From an uncultured Thermoleophilia bacterium (GTDB taxonomy: Bacteria > Actinomycetota > Thermoleophilia > Miltoncostaeales > Miltoncostaeaceae): DNA of 32,000 bases. The position numbers and the translations under genes were made by a program. Below, one piece after another: positions 22,313 through 32,000 of the stretch. How positions within the stretch are numbered: position 1 is the stretch's first letter; every line of letters begins with the position of its first letter. Below the pieces are notes generated by a model. That model was not told where the DNA came from, did no database searches, and worked only from the letters and a program-made list of their open reading frames with translations. The DNA lies in NCBI GenBank assembly GCA_963784985.1, contig CAWATR010000015.1, forward strand, positions 148,902-180,901, in the 5' to 3' direction.

Positions 22313-23699
22313 TTAGTGCCGGAAGCCTTCCTTGTGGATCGCCGACGGCGTGCGCTCGGGTTCCGTGGCGAAGGCCTCGAGCACGTCGTGCATGTGCGCG
22401 AGCAGCAGCCGCGCGAGGTCGTGGCTGAACCCGTGCCGCACCACGATGCGGCAGATCACCAGGTCGCTGCGGTTGTCCTCCATCGAGTAGGCGGGCACCT
22501 GCCAGCCGTACTCGCGCAGTCGCGCGGACAGCTCAAACAGCGTGAAGTTCTGGTCCGGGCGCAGCGACCAGGACAGCACGGGCAGGTCCGACCCGTCGGT
22601 GATGATCTCGAACGGCCCCATCTTCCCGATCTCGCCGGCCAGGAACTTCGCGACATCCTGCGCCGTCTGCTGGATCTTGGCGTAGCCGCTCCGGCCGAGG
22701 CGGACGAAGTTGTAGTACTGGGCGATGATCTGGCCGCCGGCCGTGAGAAGTTGATGCCGAAGGTCGGCATGTTGCCGCCCAGGTAGTTCACCCGGAAGAT
22801 CAGCTCTTCGGGCAGTTCGGCCGCATCACGCCAGAGCACCCAGCCCACCCCCAGCGGGGCGAGCCCGTACTTGTGCCCGGACGCGTTGATGGACTTGACC
22901 CGGGGGACCCGGAAGTCCCATTCGAGGTCGGGCTGCAGGAACGGCGCGACGAACCCGCCGCTGGCGCCGTCGACGTGGATCGGGATGTCGAGTCCGGTGC
23001 GCTCTTGCAGGTCGTCGAGCGCCGCGTTGATTTCGGCGATCGGCTCGTATTCGCCCGTGAACGTGGATCCGAGCACGGCGACGACGGCGATCGTGTTCTC
23101 GTCGCAGCGCTTGACCGCTTCGTCCGCGCTGAGGATGAATCGGTTGCCTTCCATGGGAACGAGCCGCTCCTCGACGTCCCAGTAGCGGGCGAACTTGTGC
23201 CAGCACACCTGCACGTTGGACCCGGTCACGATGTTGCGGTCGGTCCGTCGGGCGCCCCGCTGCCCGCTGGCGCTGTTGCCAGCGGCGCAGCAGCGCCATC
23301 CCGCCCAGCATGCAGGCCTCGCTCGAGCCCGTCGTCGAGGTGCCGATCACGTCCTTGCGCAGTCGGGCGCGTTCCAGAGGTCGCCGAGCATGTTCACGCA
23401 GCGCAGCTCGAGCTCGGCGGTCTGCGGGTACTCGTCCTTGTCGATCATGTTCTTGTCGAAGCTCTTGGCCATCAGCAGCAGCAGCTCCGGCTCGGCCCAG
23501 GTCTGGCAGAACGTCGCCAGGTTGAGCCGCGCGTTGCCTTCCACCATCATCTCGTCGCGGACGAGCTCGTAGGCGTGGCGCGCATCCCACTCGTCGTCGG
23601 GCATCTTGTACTTGGGCGCGCTCCACGACGGATCCGTGCTGACGTAGACGTCGTCGGCGGCGTCCGCCTCGCTGAGCTCTTGACCCGGTGAACCGCCAT
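22313..23699 (-). CDS. gadB: glutamate decarboxylase (PLP-dependent, GadB-like); four frame breaks as sequenced
   Basis: AAGGAG (23705-23710, minus strand) lies 5 nt before the ATG at 23699. The protein is colinear with GadB across four ORF fragments: '[13 protein letters not shown]', '[23 protein letters not shown]', '[16 protein letters not shown]', '[15 protein letters not shown]', '[14 protein letters not shown]', '[22 protein letters not shown]', '[28 protein letters not shown]', '[11 protein letters not shown]', C-terminal 'GFRH'. Changes are near 23676 (-1), 23360 (-1), 23240 (+1) and 22730 (-1). Confidence 0.92.
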
Positions 23700-23950
23700 G
23701 GTGCTCCTTTGGGTGTCCCGTGCCGCCGCTGATCGCCCGGCGGGCGCCATGGCGGAGAGTCTCTCATGACCGGAGGGACGCGCGACCGCCGTGGCGATGT
23801 CGCGCGCCTCGCTTGCGATCCTGGCAGACGGCCCTCGCGAGAGGTCAACATTGGTCTGCGGGGCCGGTACGGCGGGCGCAGTCGTTCGATATCGGTACCT
23901 GTATCACCGTCTGCCGGCGGCACCGGCGTCGTAGATTCGACGAGGTAGCC

Positions 23951-24550
23951 ATGACCGAGCCCGAAGTATTCGTCCTCGCCGACCGCGCACTGAACGGCGT
24001 CGTTGCGCAAATCCGGCCCGACCAGTGGGACATGCCGATGCCGGCGGAGTTTCAGCGGCGCGACAGCGACCACACGCCGACGCTGCGGGAGATCGTCAAC
24101 TACCACGCCTACGACGACGCCTGGGTCCCCGCGATGCTGGCGGGTTGGACGATGGAGGAGGTCGGCCACGAGGCCTACTCGGGCGATCTGCTGGGTGACG
24201 ACCCGCAGGCGAGCTTCGCGGCCCTGGTAGACACGGCCTGCGCAGCGGCCGTCGCGGTCACCGACCCCAACCAGACGGTGCACTGCTCGTTCGGCAACTA
24301 CACGGTCCAGGAGTACTTCTGGCAGATCACGATGTTTCGCGGCCTGCGGGCCCACGACATCGCCCGGGCCATCGGCGTCGAGCCGGCCCTGCCTGATGCG
24401 CTGATCGAGGGGCTCTGGGAGGAGATCAGCCCGCACGCGGAGGAGTGGCGCCTCATGGGGATCTTCCCGCCGGCGATTCCCGTCGCCGAGGACGCCCCAC
24501 TGTGTGATCGCCTGCTGGGCCTGACCGGCCGGCGCCCAGGCAACGCCTGA
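23951..24550 (+). CDS. DinB-superfamily / TIGR03086-like protein (mycothiol-maleylpyruvate-isomerase N-terminal-like), 199 aa, intact
   Basis: GAGG lies 5 nt before the ATG at 23951. '[23 protein letters not shown]...[20 protein letters not shown]' resembles the DinB-like four-helix family. The assignment is from pattern memory and is not verified. Confidence 0.5.
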   Translation: MTEPEVFVLADRALNGVVAQIRPDQWDMPMPAEFQRRDSDHTPTLREIVNYHAYDDAWVPAMLAGWTMEEVGHEAYSGDLLGDDPQASFAALVDTACAAAVAVTDPNQTVHCSFGNYTVQEYFWQITMFRGLRAHDIARAIGVEPALPDALIEGLWEEISPHAEEWRLMGIFPPAIPVAEDAPLCDRLLGLTGRRPGNA

Positions 24551-24598
24551 GCCCGCGTCCGGCGGCGGGACCGCCCTGCGGGCTTCGCCTAGGCGAAG
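24551..24598. terminator. hairpin-rich 38-bp convergent spacer including a 16-bp perfect palindrome over a stop codon
   Basis: GCCCGC (24551-24556) pairs with GCGGGC (24578-24583). CTTCGCCTAGGCGAAG (24583-24598) is a perfect palindrome centred on CTAG. It contains the TAG stop (24589-24591, minus strand) of the PPDK-like gene. Confidence 0.35.
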
Positions 24599-26211
24599 GT
24601 CTGCTGCCAGTCGCGAACGCGCGCGATCAGCTCGAGCGGCCGCTCGTCGATGAGGATCAGCTCACCGACGTAGATCCGACCATCGGTGCCATCGACGGTG
24701 ATCGTGTCGCCCGGGTGCAGCTCGCTGCTGCCGATGCGCACCACCTGGCCGCCGAGATTGATCGACAGCTCGCGGCACCCGACCAGGCAGGCGATCCCCA
24801 GGTGACGGGCGACGACGGCGGCGTGCGACGTGCGGGCGCCCGCCGCGGTGACGAGCCCCCGGCACACCGACAGGCCGGCGATGTCATCGGTGGAGAGCTG
24901 CTCACGGACGAGGATCACCTGCTGGCCCGCGTCGGCGAACCGTGTCGCCGTCGCAACGTCGAGGGCGATCCGCCCGCACGCCACACCCGCGCTCGCCGGC
25001 ACCGCCTGCGCAACCGGCTGCGGCTCCTGATCCGACGCGAGCCGCGACCGGCTGATCGTGTCGATGTCGTATGCCTGCAGGCGGGCGAGCGCGGTCGGAG
25101 GGTCGATCACGCCGTCATCCACGAGATCGCAGGCGATGCGCAGCGCCGCCCACGCGGTGCGCTTGGCGGCGCGCGTCTGCAACAGCCACAGCGCGCCGTC
25201 TTCGACGGTGAACTCGAAGTCCTGGGCGTCGCCGAAGACCGACTCGAGCGCGCGCCGGACGCGTCTGCAGCCGGTCCGCAAGCCCGGGGACCGCGGCGAT
25301 CTGGGCATCGGGGTCGTGCGACCCGTGGCGCCCGCCGACGACATCCTCGCCCTGTGCGTCGAGCAGGAAGTCGACGTACAGCCGGTCCTCGCCCGTCGCG
25401 GGATCGCGCGTGAACCCGACTCCCGATCCCGAGGTGGGGCCGAGGTTGCCGAACACCATCGCCTGGACGGTGACGGCGGTACCTTCCAGGTCCGTCAGGC
25501 CCTCGAGCCGACGGTAGGCGACCGCGCGCGGGGCGTCCCAGGACCGCAGCACCCCCTCGATGGCGCCGAGCAGCTGCTGCATCGGATCCTGCGGGAACTC
25601 ACGCCGGGCTTCGCTCGCGGAAGATCGCCAGGAGCTCCTCGACGATCTCCTGCAGCGCGGCCAGGCCCAGCTCGGAGGCGACCGGTACACCCGCCCGGCC
25701 CAGGGCGCGGGTCGTCACGGCGGAGAACGGCGCAACCGGGCACCCCTCGACAACCTCCGCGTAGGTCTCGATCAGACGGCGGTATGAGTCCCAGACGAAG
25801 ATCGGGTCGCCGGTCGCCCGCAACAGCGCCGGCACGGTCACCTCACACAGCCCGACATTGAGCACCGTGTCCAGCATCCCCGGCATCGAGGCGGCCGCGC
25901 CGGAGCGCACCGAGACCAGGAGCGGCCGGCGGCGCGCGGCGAAGCGGCGCCCGGTGCGCTGCTCGATGTGCGCCAGCCCCACGCCGATCAGCTCGATGAC
26001 GTCCTCGACCGACGCGCTCGCCGCCGGCGTGGTAGTCCGCGCAGACATCCACACCGAGCACGAATCCGGACGGAACCGCCAGGCCGGCGTCGGCCATGCG
26101 CATGAGGTTGGCCGCCTTGATCCCGACCCGCCGCGGGTCCGCATCGCCGTGGCCGTCGCCATCCAGGACGTACAGGCGCCCGTCCGCCGACGCAAGGCCG
26201 CCGGAGCTCAT
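24589..26211 (-). CDS. pyruvate-phosphate-dikinase homologue with the ATP-grasp N-terminal and phospho-histidine swivel domains only (no PEP/pyruvate-binding domain); three frame breaks as sequenced
   Basis: The ATG at 26211 overlaps the upstream stop (ATGA, 26208-26211). It reads '[24 protein letters not shown]', '[26 protein letters not shown]', '[11 protein letters not shown]', '[13 protein letters not shown]', 'DVVGGRH', '[27 protein letters not shown]'. The swivel domain reads '[28 protein letters not shown]', '[12 protein letters not shown]'. The stop comes about 25 aa later. +1 changes are near 26040, 25615 and 25280. Confidence 0.85.
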
Positions 26212-28164
26212 GGCACCGAGAGCTGCTCGAGGATGCGATCGCGCAGTCCGAGCGCAGACAGCAACAGCGCGTCGGTCGCACCCTCCGCGCACCGGCAGAC
26301 GCTGTCGGCGAGATACAGGCTGCGGAAGTCGGGGGCCTCGACGACGAAGCCCGCACGCGCGGCCCGGTCGGTCGAATCGGCCTCATGCTCGAGCGCGGCC
26401 ACCCGGTCGACCGCGACCAGGAAGTCCTCGAGGTCCTCGGGCGCCGGCCGGTTGACCACCTCGCGCGCGATCTCGAGCGCCTTGAGATGTTCGCGGGCGG
26501 CCATGACCGCGATCGACGCGAGCGGCTCGAGCCGCGGGTCGCACGAGCGCCGCCGCGTCGGCGGGCAGCAGGGTGAGCAGGAAGATGGCCTCCTCGAGAT
26601 CATCCACCGCGTCATCGGCGATCGTGGTCAGCGCGGTGATCTTGTCGCCGGCGTCGACACGGCGTGCCGCCTCGCGCTGCCAGTTGAGGATCTCGTCAGC
26701 GCGGTGCTCGCAGCCGGACGCGCGCGCGGCCGCCCGGTCGGCGAACTCCGCGCTCTCCCCGGTGCCGAGCCGGACCACCACGGCCTGCAGGACCTGCGCG
26801 CATTCGACCAGCAGGCTGGCATGGTCGGCGCTCGCATCGAGCAGGCGACGGTGGGATGCGTCGATGTGACGAAGCATCTCGACGCGGATCTCGTCGCGGA
26901 TCAGCAGCGGCGACTTGCCGGCCAACATCCCCTCGGTCGCCGCCCGCAGCGCAAAGCGCGTGATGTCAAGCACCGCGTCGCGGCCGAGGATCTCCACGAG
27001 CGGCTCGCCGTAGCGTGCAGGCACGCGCTCGGCGAGCTCGACCGCGTCATAGACCAGGCGCTCCCCGCCGAGCATCAGGAAGCCCATGTGTCCGACATTG
27101 GCGTCCGCGGCCCAGCGCAGGATCGCGACCGCATCTGCGCGCGACAGGAAGCTGTTGAGCCGCTTGCGGGCGCGATTCCAGTCGAGGACGAAGACCAGCC
27201 GCGACCCAAGGTGGCGAAGATACGCACGCAGCTCGCTGCGATCGCGGGCGTCGAAGCACCCGGTGGTGAGGTGATGGGCGCCGATCGCCGGCTCGCCGTG
27301 GCGTTGCTCGGTGCCGGACCAGCGTACGGGAAACGCGTCCAACATCGATTGGAAGAACTCCAGGCGCCGACGATGCACGTCCGTGTACGTCACCGTCACC
27401 TGCAGGTCCTCGATCGCGATGACCACGACATGCGCGTTCGTCGTGCCGAGGTCGTTCTGGATGAGCAGCCGGGCGCCGGCACGGGTCGCAGTGGTGGCCA
27501 GGCCCGGGTGGTCGAACTTCAGCGCCTGCGTGTCGTGGACGCCCGCCATGAACGCGGCCACCTGCGGTGCGTCGTCGGCGTCCAGCCCGTACACCGCGGC
27601 ACCGTCCAGGCTGGTCGTCGCCACGCGGGTCTGGAGCCGGTTGAGCGCGCGATGCGCATCCATCACGACCAGATGCAGCGAGTCGCCGAGATCCCTGTCG
27701 GCCGAGGTGATCCGGTCGATGTAGCTTCCGCGCACGCGATCGCCGCTCAGATCGGACGGACCGGGCGCGAGGGCGTCCAGCCGCGCCCGGTCAGGGGCGT
27801 CGACGGCCTGCGCAGCGGCCAGCGGTGTCAGCATCTGCCTGACCGCTGCCAGCAGCGTCTCGTGGATGCGCTCGGCGTTCGGGACGAAGTAGATGTCGGC
27901 ATCGATGCGCCGGGCCCGCTCGATGACATCGTCGTACTCCGGCTCGGGCACGCCGGCCGCGAGCCGTTCGTCACGCAGCGACGCGAACCGCTGGTCGGGA
28001 GCATCGGCGCGGGCGCGCGCCGCCTGGAGCAGGCTCAGCAGGTATTTTGCGCGGTTGTTCGCGTCGAGACCGTCGTTGAGCAACGCCGGCAGCACGAGTG
28101 AGGCTTCGCCGAGCGCCTCCAGGACGTCGTGCTTGACCGGTGCGGTGTCGGGATCGGACATCAC
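26208..28164 (-). CDS. unassigned ~650-aa protein with a DUF47/PhoU-like helical C-terminal region; one frame break as sequenced
   Basis: GTG 28164 or ATG 28161, with GAAGG 7 nt upstream. A 593-aa fragment (ORF 26383..28164) has ordinary globular composition and no motif I recognise. The C-terminal ~200 aa carries two 'EH.AD' helices: 'GCEHRADEILNWQREAARR...DDAVDDLEEAIFLL', then (ORF 26208..26615 frame) 'VAALEHEADSTDRAARA...CAEGATDALLLSALGLRDRIL'. A +1 change is near 26540-26570. Confidence 0.6.
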
Positions 28165-28171
28165 GAGCGTA

Positions 28172-28195
28172 CCTTCGGGTCGTCAGCAACGAAGG
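28172..28195 (-). promoter_or_regulatory. leader hairpin whose 3' arm contains the Shine-Dalgarno-like GAAGG of the unassigned-protein/PPDK-like operon
   Basis: The minus-strand RNA reads CCUUCG-uugcugacgacc-CGAAGG-uacgcuc-GUG-AUG. The stem is 6 bp with a 12-nt loop. The anti-SD-like CCUUC pairs with GAAGG. Confidence 0.25.
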
Positions 28196-28486
28196 CCTCC
28201 GCACGCCGGGAGCCGGCCGGGCATCAGTCCTCGCACATCCCACGATAGGCGCACCGGGACGCGAGCGCGCGCGGGTGCTGTCACCTCGCCATAACCGCCC
28301 GCGCTCGATGGCCGCTCGGCGTGGACCTCCGGCTCGCATGGGCTGCCGCCGCGCGCGGCGCGGGCAGGGGCGGCGGCCGATCGCGCCGACCGCACGGCTC
28401 CCGACATGGGTGCTTGCTACGCTCGATCCAGGGAGGACCCGGCACGGCCGCGCGTGCGCGCGGCGAACCTCGATGACGGAGCGACC

Positions 28487-29402
28487 ATGCGGGCGGTGCG
28501 GTTCAACCAGTACGGCGACGAGCACGTCTTGCAGGTCGTCGAGGTGCCGCGTCCGGTTCCGGGTCCCGGTCAGGTCCTGGTCCAGGTGCGCGCCGCCGGA
28601 ATCAATCCGGGCGAAGCCAAGATCCGCGACGGCGCGATGCACGACATGTTCCCGGCGACCTTCCCGTCGGGCGAGGGCAGCGACTTGGCAGGGGTCGTCG
28701 TGGAGACCGGCGCCGGTGTCGACGGATTCGCGCCCGGCGACGAGGTCGTCGGGTTCACCGACACCCGTTCGAGCCACGCCGAATACGCGCTGGTGGAAGC
28801 GGCCAACCTCGTCCCGAGGCCACCTTCGGTCGCATGGGAAGTCGCCGGCGCGCTGTTCGTCGTCGGCACGACGGCGATCGCGGCGGTTCGCTCGGTTGGT
28901 GCGGGACCCGGTGACGTCGTCGTGGTGGCGGGAGCCGCCGGCGGCGTGGGCTCCCTCGCTGTCCAGTTGGCGCACCTTGCCGGCGCGCGGGTGCTCGGCA
29001 TCGCCGGGGCTGCCGACGGGCCCGTGGCTGCGCGAACACGGCATCGAGCCCATCAACTACGCCGGCGACGTCGCCGCCGCGATCCGGGCGGCGACAGGCC
29101 AGGTCGACGCGTTCATCGACGCCGCCGGACACGGCAACGTCGCCCTCGCACTGGATCTCGGCGTCGCACGGGACCGTATCGACACTGTCGTCGACTTCGC
29201 GGCCGCCGCACAATTCGGCGTCAAGACCGACGGCAGCGCGGCGGCAGCGACCGCCGACACGCTCGTCGAGCTGCTCGGGTTGCTCGCGGATGGCCGGCTC
29301 GAGTTGCCGATCGGCAGGACATTCCCGCTCGACCAAGTGCGCGAGGCCTACCGGTTCCTGGATACCAAGCACGGCCACGGGAAGGTCGTGCTGATCCCCT
29401 GA
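28487..29402 (+). CDS. NADPH:quinone oxidoreductase-like, medium-chain (zinc-type) dehydrogenase/reductase family; one frame break as sequenced
   Basis: GGAG lies 7 nt before the ATG at 28487. It reads 'MRAVRFNQYGDEHVLQVVEVPRPVPGPGQVLVQVRAAGINPGE', 'GDEVVG', and the nucleotide-binding 'VVVAGAAGGVGSLAVQLA'. The C-terminus is in the 28140.. frame ('LELPIGRTFPLDQVREAYRFLDTKHGHGKVVLIP'). A +1 change is near 28995-29025. Confidence 0.85.
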
Positions 29403-29560
29403 TCCCTGTCGGGGGCCGTCACCGTACCCTCGGCGTGCAGTGGCGATTCAATGGCTTGCGCGCCCGCATCGACCCTCGGGCAACGCATATCGTGCGGGCA
29501 TTGGCGCTCGTATGTGCGTGACCGGGTAACGCAGCCGCACGGTACGAGATACCTCCCGGC

Positions 29561-31310
29561 GTGCCCGCTCCGACGGATGGGGCGCTGACGGTGCCCGCGC
29601 GACGCGACGGCGGGCCACGGGAACCGCCGCCCGCGCCGATTCTCGCGCTCGATGGCGACCAGCTGCTCGCGGGACTTCGCGGCGCGGCAACGGCCCTCGC
29701 ATCGCACGAGGCGTTGATCAACGAGTTCAACGTCTTTCCCGTTCCCGACGGGGATACCGGGTCCAATATGCGCCTCACCTTCGCATCCGCCCTCGCCGAC
29801 GCGGAGCAGGCCGCGGCGCCCGAGCGTCGCGTCAAGCATCATGGATGCCGCCGCGCACGGCGCGCTCATGGGGGCCCGTGGCAACAGCGGCGTCATCCTT
29901 TCCCAGGTCATCCGCGGCCTGGCGCACGGCGTCGACGGGCGCGCGACCGTGGACGCCGGCACCCTCGGCGACGCGTTCGCGCAGGCGACGAGAGTTGCCT
30001 ACGCCGCGGTGATCAACCCGATCGAGGGCACGATCCTGACCGTGGTGCGGTCCGCTGCGGCCGGCGTCGCGGCGGCTGCGTCCAGCTCGGGCGACATCCG
30101 GGTCGTGCTGGCCGCGGGCGCGCAGGCCGCATACGACGCCGTCGACGGAACGATCGATCAGCTGCCGATGCTCCGCGACGCCGGCGTGGTCGATGCAGGC
30201 GGCTTCGGATTTGCCGTACTGCTCGCCGGCTTGTGCGCGGCAGTGACCGGCATCGCCGTGGAGCCGGGACCCGTGCTCGCCGCGCTGACCCGCACCGATC
30301 GCCAGCAGATCGCCACGGGTCCGAATGGAATACAGGTGGAGGCTGCTCGCGGGACGGCGGCGATGCCCGACCGCGAGGAGTCATGGGGGTTCTGCACCGA
30401 GTTCATCATCGAGGAGCCGCGCATCGCGACCGCCGCACTCCAGTCGCTACTGGCATCGGAGGGAGACTCGCTGCTCGTGGCGGGTGACGAGGTGCGAATG
30501 CGGGTACACATCCACACCGACGCACCGGATGAGGTCATCGCGATGGCGTCGCGCTACGGACGCGTCGAGCGCATCAAGGTCGAGGACATGTCAGCCCAGC
30601 ACGACGACGTCCTTGCGCGGGGCGGCGGGGCGTCGTCGCCCGGATCCGCCCGCCGGGCCGCCGCGGTCGTCCCGGTCGCTGCCGGCCACGGTTTTGTGTC
30701 GATCCTGCGCAGTCTCGGTGCCGACCAGATCGTCGATGGTGGCCAGACCATGAACCCGTCGACCCACGACCTGCTGAGCGCCGTCGTCGCCGCCCGCGCC
30801 GAGACGGTGATCCTGCTGCCCAACAACGGCAACATCATCCTTGCGGCCGAGCAGGTCCACGAGCTTGCCGAGGGGGTCGACGTCCGCGTCGTGCCAACGC
30901 GCAACCTGCCCCAAGGCATCAGCGCGCTCTTGTCATGGGACCCGGGTGTCGGTATCGATGACTGCGTGGACCGGATGCGTGCGGCTGCCGCACGCACGCG
31001 AGCGCTGGAGATCACCCGCGCGGTCCGCGACGCCCGTGTCGGCGCCCGTGACATCCGCGGCGGCGACGTGCTGGCGATCCTCGACGGTGAGATCGCCGGC
31101 CACGGAGCACGTGAGGACACCCTCATCATCCAGATGCTCGGCGGTCTCGCCGTCCTGCCGGAATTCGTCACGATCTATCACGGCGCGGGAATCGATCCCG
31201 CCGACGCTGCGTACCTCCTGTCCTCACTTGAATCCGCGCATCCGACGATCGGGTTCGAGCTGCACGAGGGCGGCCAGGATCACTACACGTACGTGCTCGG
31301 ACTGGAGTAG
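29561..31310 (+). CDS. DAK2 domain fusion protein (YloV-like); one frame break as sequenced; start uncertain
   Basis: 'INEFNVFPVPDGDTGSNM' is in the 29561 frame. ORF 29841..31310 reads 'HGALMGARGNSGVILSQ', 'NPIEGTILTV', 'LRDAGVVDAGGFGF', and a C-terminal DegV-partner-like domain ('GFVSILRSLGADQIVDGGQTMNPST'). A +1 change is near 29825-29840. GTG 29561 and GTG 29588 are candidate starts and neither has a clear SD. Confidence 0.85.
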
Positions 31311-31314
31311 GTCG

Positions 31315-32000
31315 TGATCCACGTGGTCACCGACAGCACCTGCGACCTCGACCAGGCGACCGCCGTGGCGATGGGCGTGCGCATCGTGCCGCTCACGGTC
31401 CGGTTCGGCGACGAGCAGTTCCTCGACGGGATCGACCTACGGGCGGAGGAGTTCTATCGGCGGCTGACGGCAGCTCACGCCACGCCGACGACCTCGCAGC
31501 CGCCGCCGCACGACTTCGCGGCGGTGTACCGCGAGCTGCTGCGCGATCCGGACGATCAGGTCGTGAGCATCCACATCTCCCGCAAGCTCAGCGGGACGCT
31601 GCAATCGGCGCTGATCGCGGCCCGCGACGTCGATCCCGAGCGGGTCCATCCCATCGACAGCGAGTCGGTGACCATCGGCCTCCAGCTGCTGGTCGAGGCC
31701 GCCTGCCGCGATGTCGCATCCGGCGCAGACGTGGCGGCGATCATCGGCAATGTCGCGCTGCGTCGCGCCTGCCTGCCGATCTACTTCCTGCTCGACACGC
31801 TGACCTACCTGCATCGCGGCGGTCGCATCGGCCGCGCGCAGGCGTTCGTCGGCGGCGTGCTCAAGGTCAAGCCGGTGCTCGCACTTCGCGACGGGGAAGT
31901 CCATCCCCAGTCGCGCGTGCGCAGTCAGACGCAAGGCATCGCCGCGCTCGTGGAACTCGTCCGCGCGACCCCGGACCTGACCGAATTGCGCATCGTGCAC
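31315..32000 (+). CDS. DegV family (fatty-acid-binding) protein, 5' partial to the window end, intact over 228 codons
   Basis: The GTG at 31315 lies 5 nt after the upstream TAG. It reads 'IHVVTDSTCDL', 'IVPLTVRFGDEQFLDGIDL', 'PTTSQPPP', 'SIHISRKLSGTLQSA', 'LDTLTYLHRGGRIGRAQAFVGGVLKVKPVL'. The gene runs off the window, which is why it is absent from the ORF track. Confidence 0.85.

Overview
This is a very GC-rich bacterial chromosomal segment (by eye well above 65-70% G+C, not computed) with Actinomycetota-like gene content. I can support about 27 protein-coding genes. I found no rRNA, tRNA, CRISPR array, transposase or integrase.

Gene order, left to right:
- Tail of an SDR-like gene, two translationally coupled beta-ketoacyl synthases and a 65-aa membrane protein (+).
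- Hotdog acyl-CoA thioesterase and tag (-).
- metH (+).
- An unassigned ~180-aa protein (-).
- ATP-type pckA (+).
- Enoyl-CoA hydratase, ddl and a class-I aminotransferase (-).
- A GtrA-like gene followed by three GT-C-fold membrane glycosyltransferase-like genes, the last two tandem paralogues (+).
- Class-I aldolase fbaB (+), an HtrA-like serine protease with PDZ (+), and a GNAT acetyltransferase (+).
- A YrhK-like membrane protein and glutamate decarboxylase (-).
- A DinB/TIGR03086-like protein (+).
- A two-gene operon: a ~650-aa unassigned protein with a DUF47/PhoU-like C-terminus, plus a pyruvate-phosphate-dikinase (PPDK) homologue lacking the PEP/pyruvate domain (-).
- An MDR quinone-oxidoreductase-like gene, a DAK2 (YloV-like) gene and a partial DegV gene (+).

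The dominant property of the window is that most genes can only be read by switching reading frame. My manual count is roughly 45-50 switches in 32 kb, overwhelmingly +1 (one extra base). There are no in-frame stops and catalytic motifs are intact. I read this as insertion-biased consensus error rather than true pseudogenisation. The six-frame ORFs are therefore fragments, and the coordinates below are stitched spans.

The best candidates for new biology are the unassigned-protein/truncated-PPDK operon, the GtrA + triple GT-C envelope-glycosylation cluster, and the coupled twin-KS module. None of these is proven from sequence alone.
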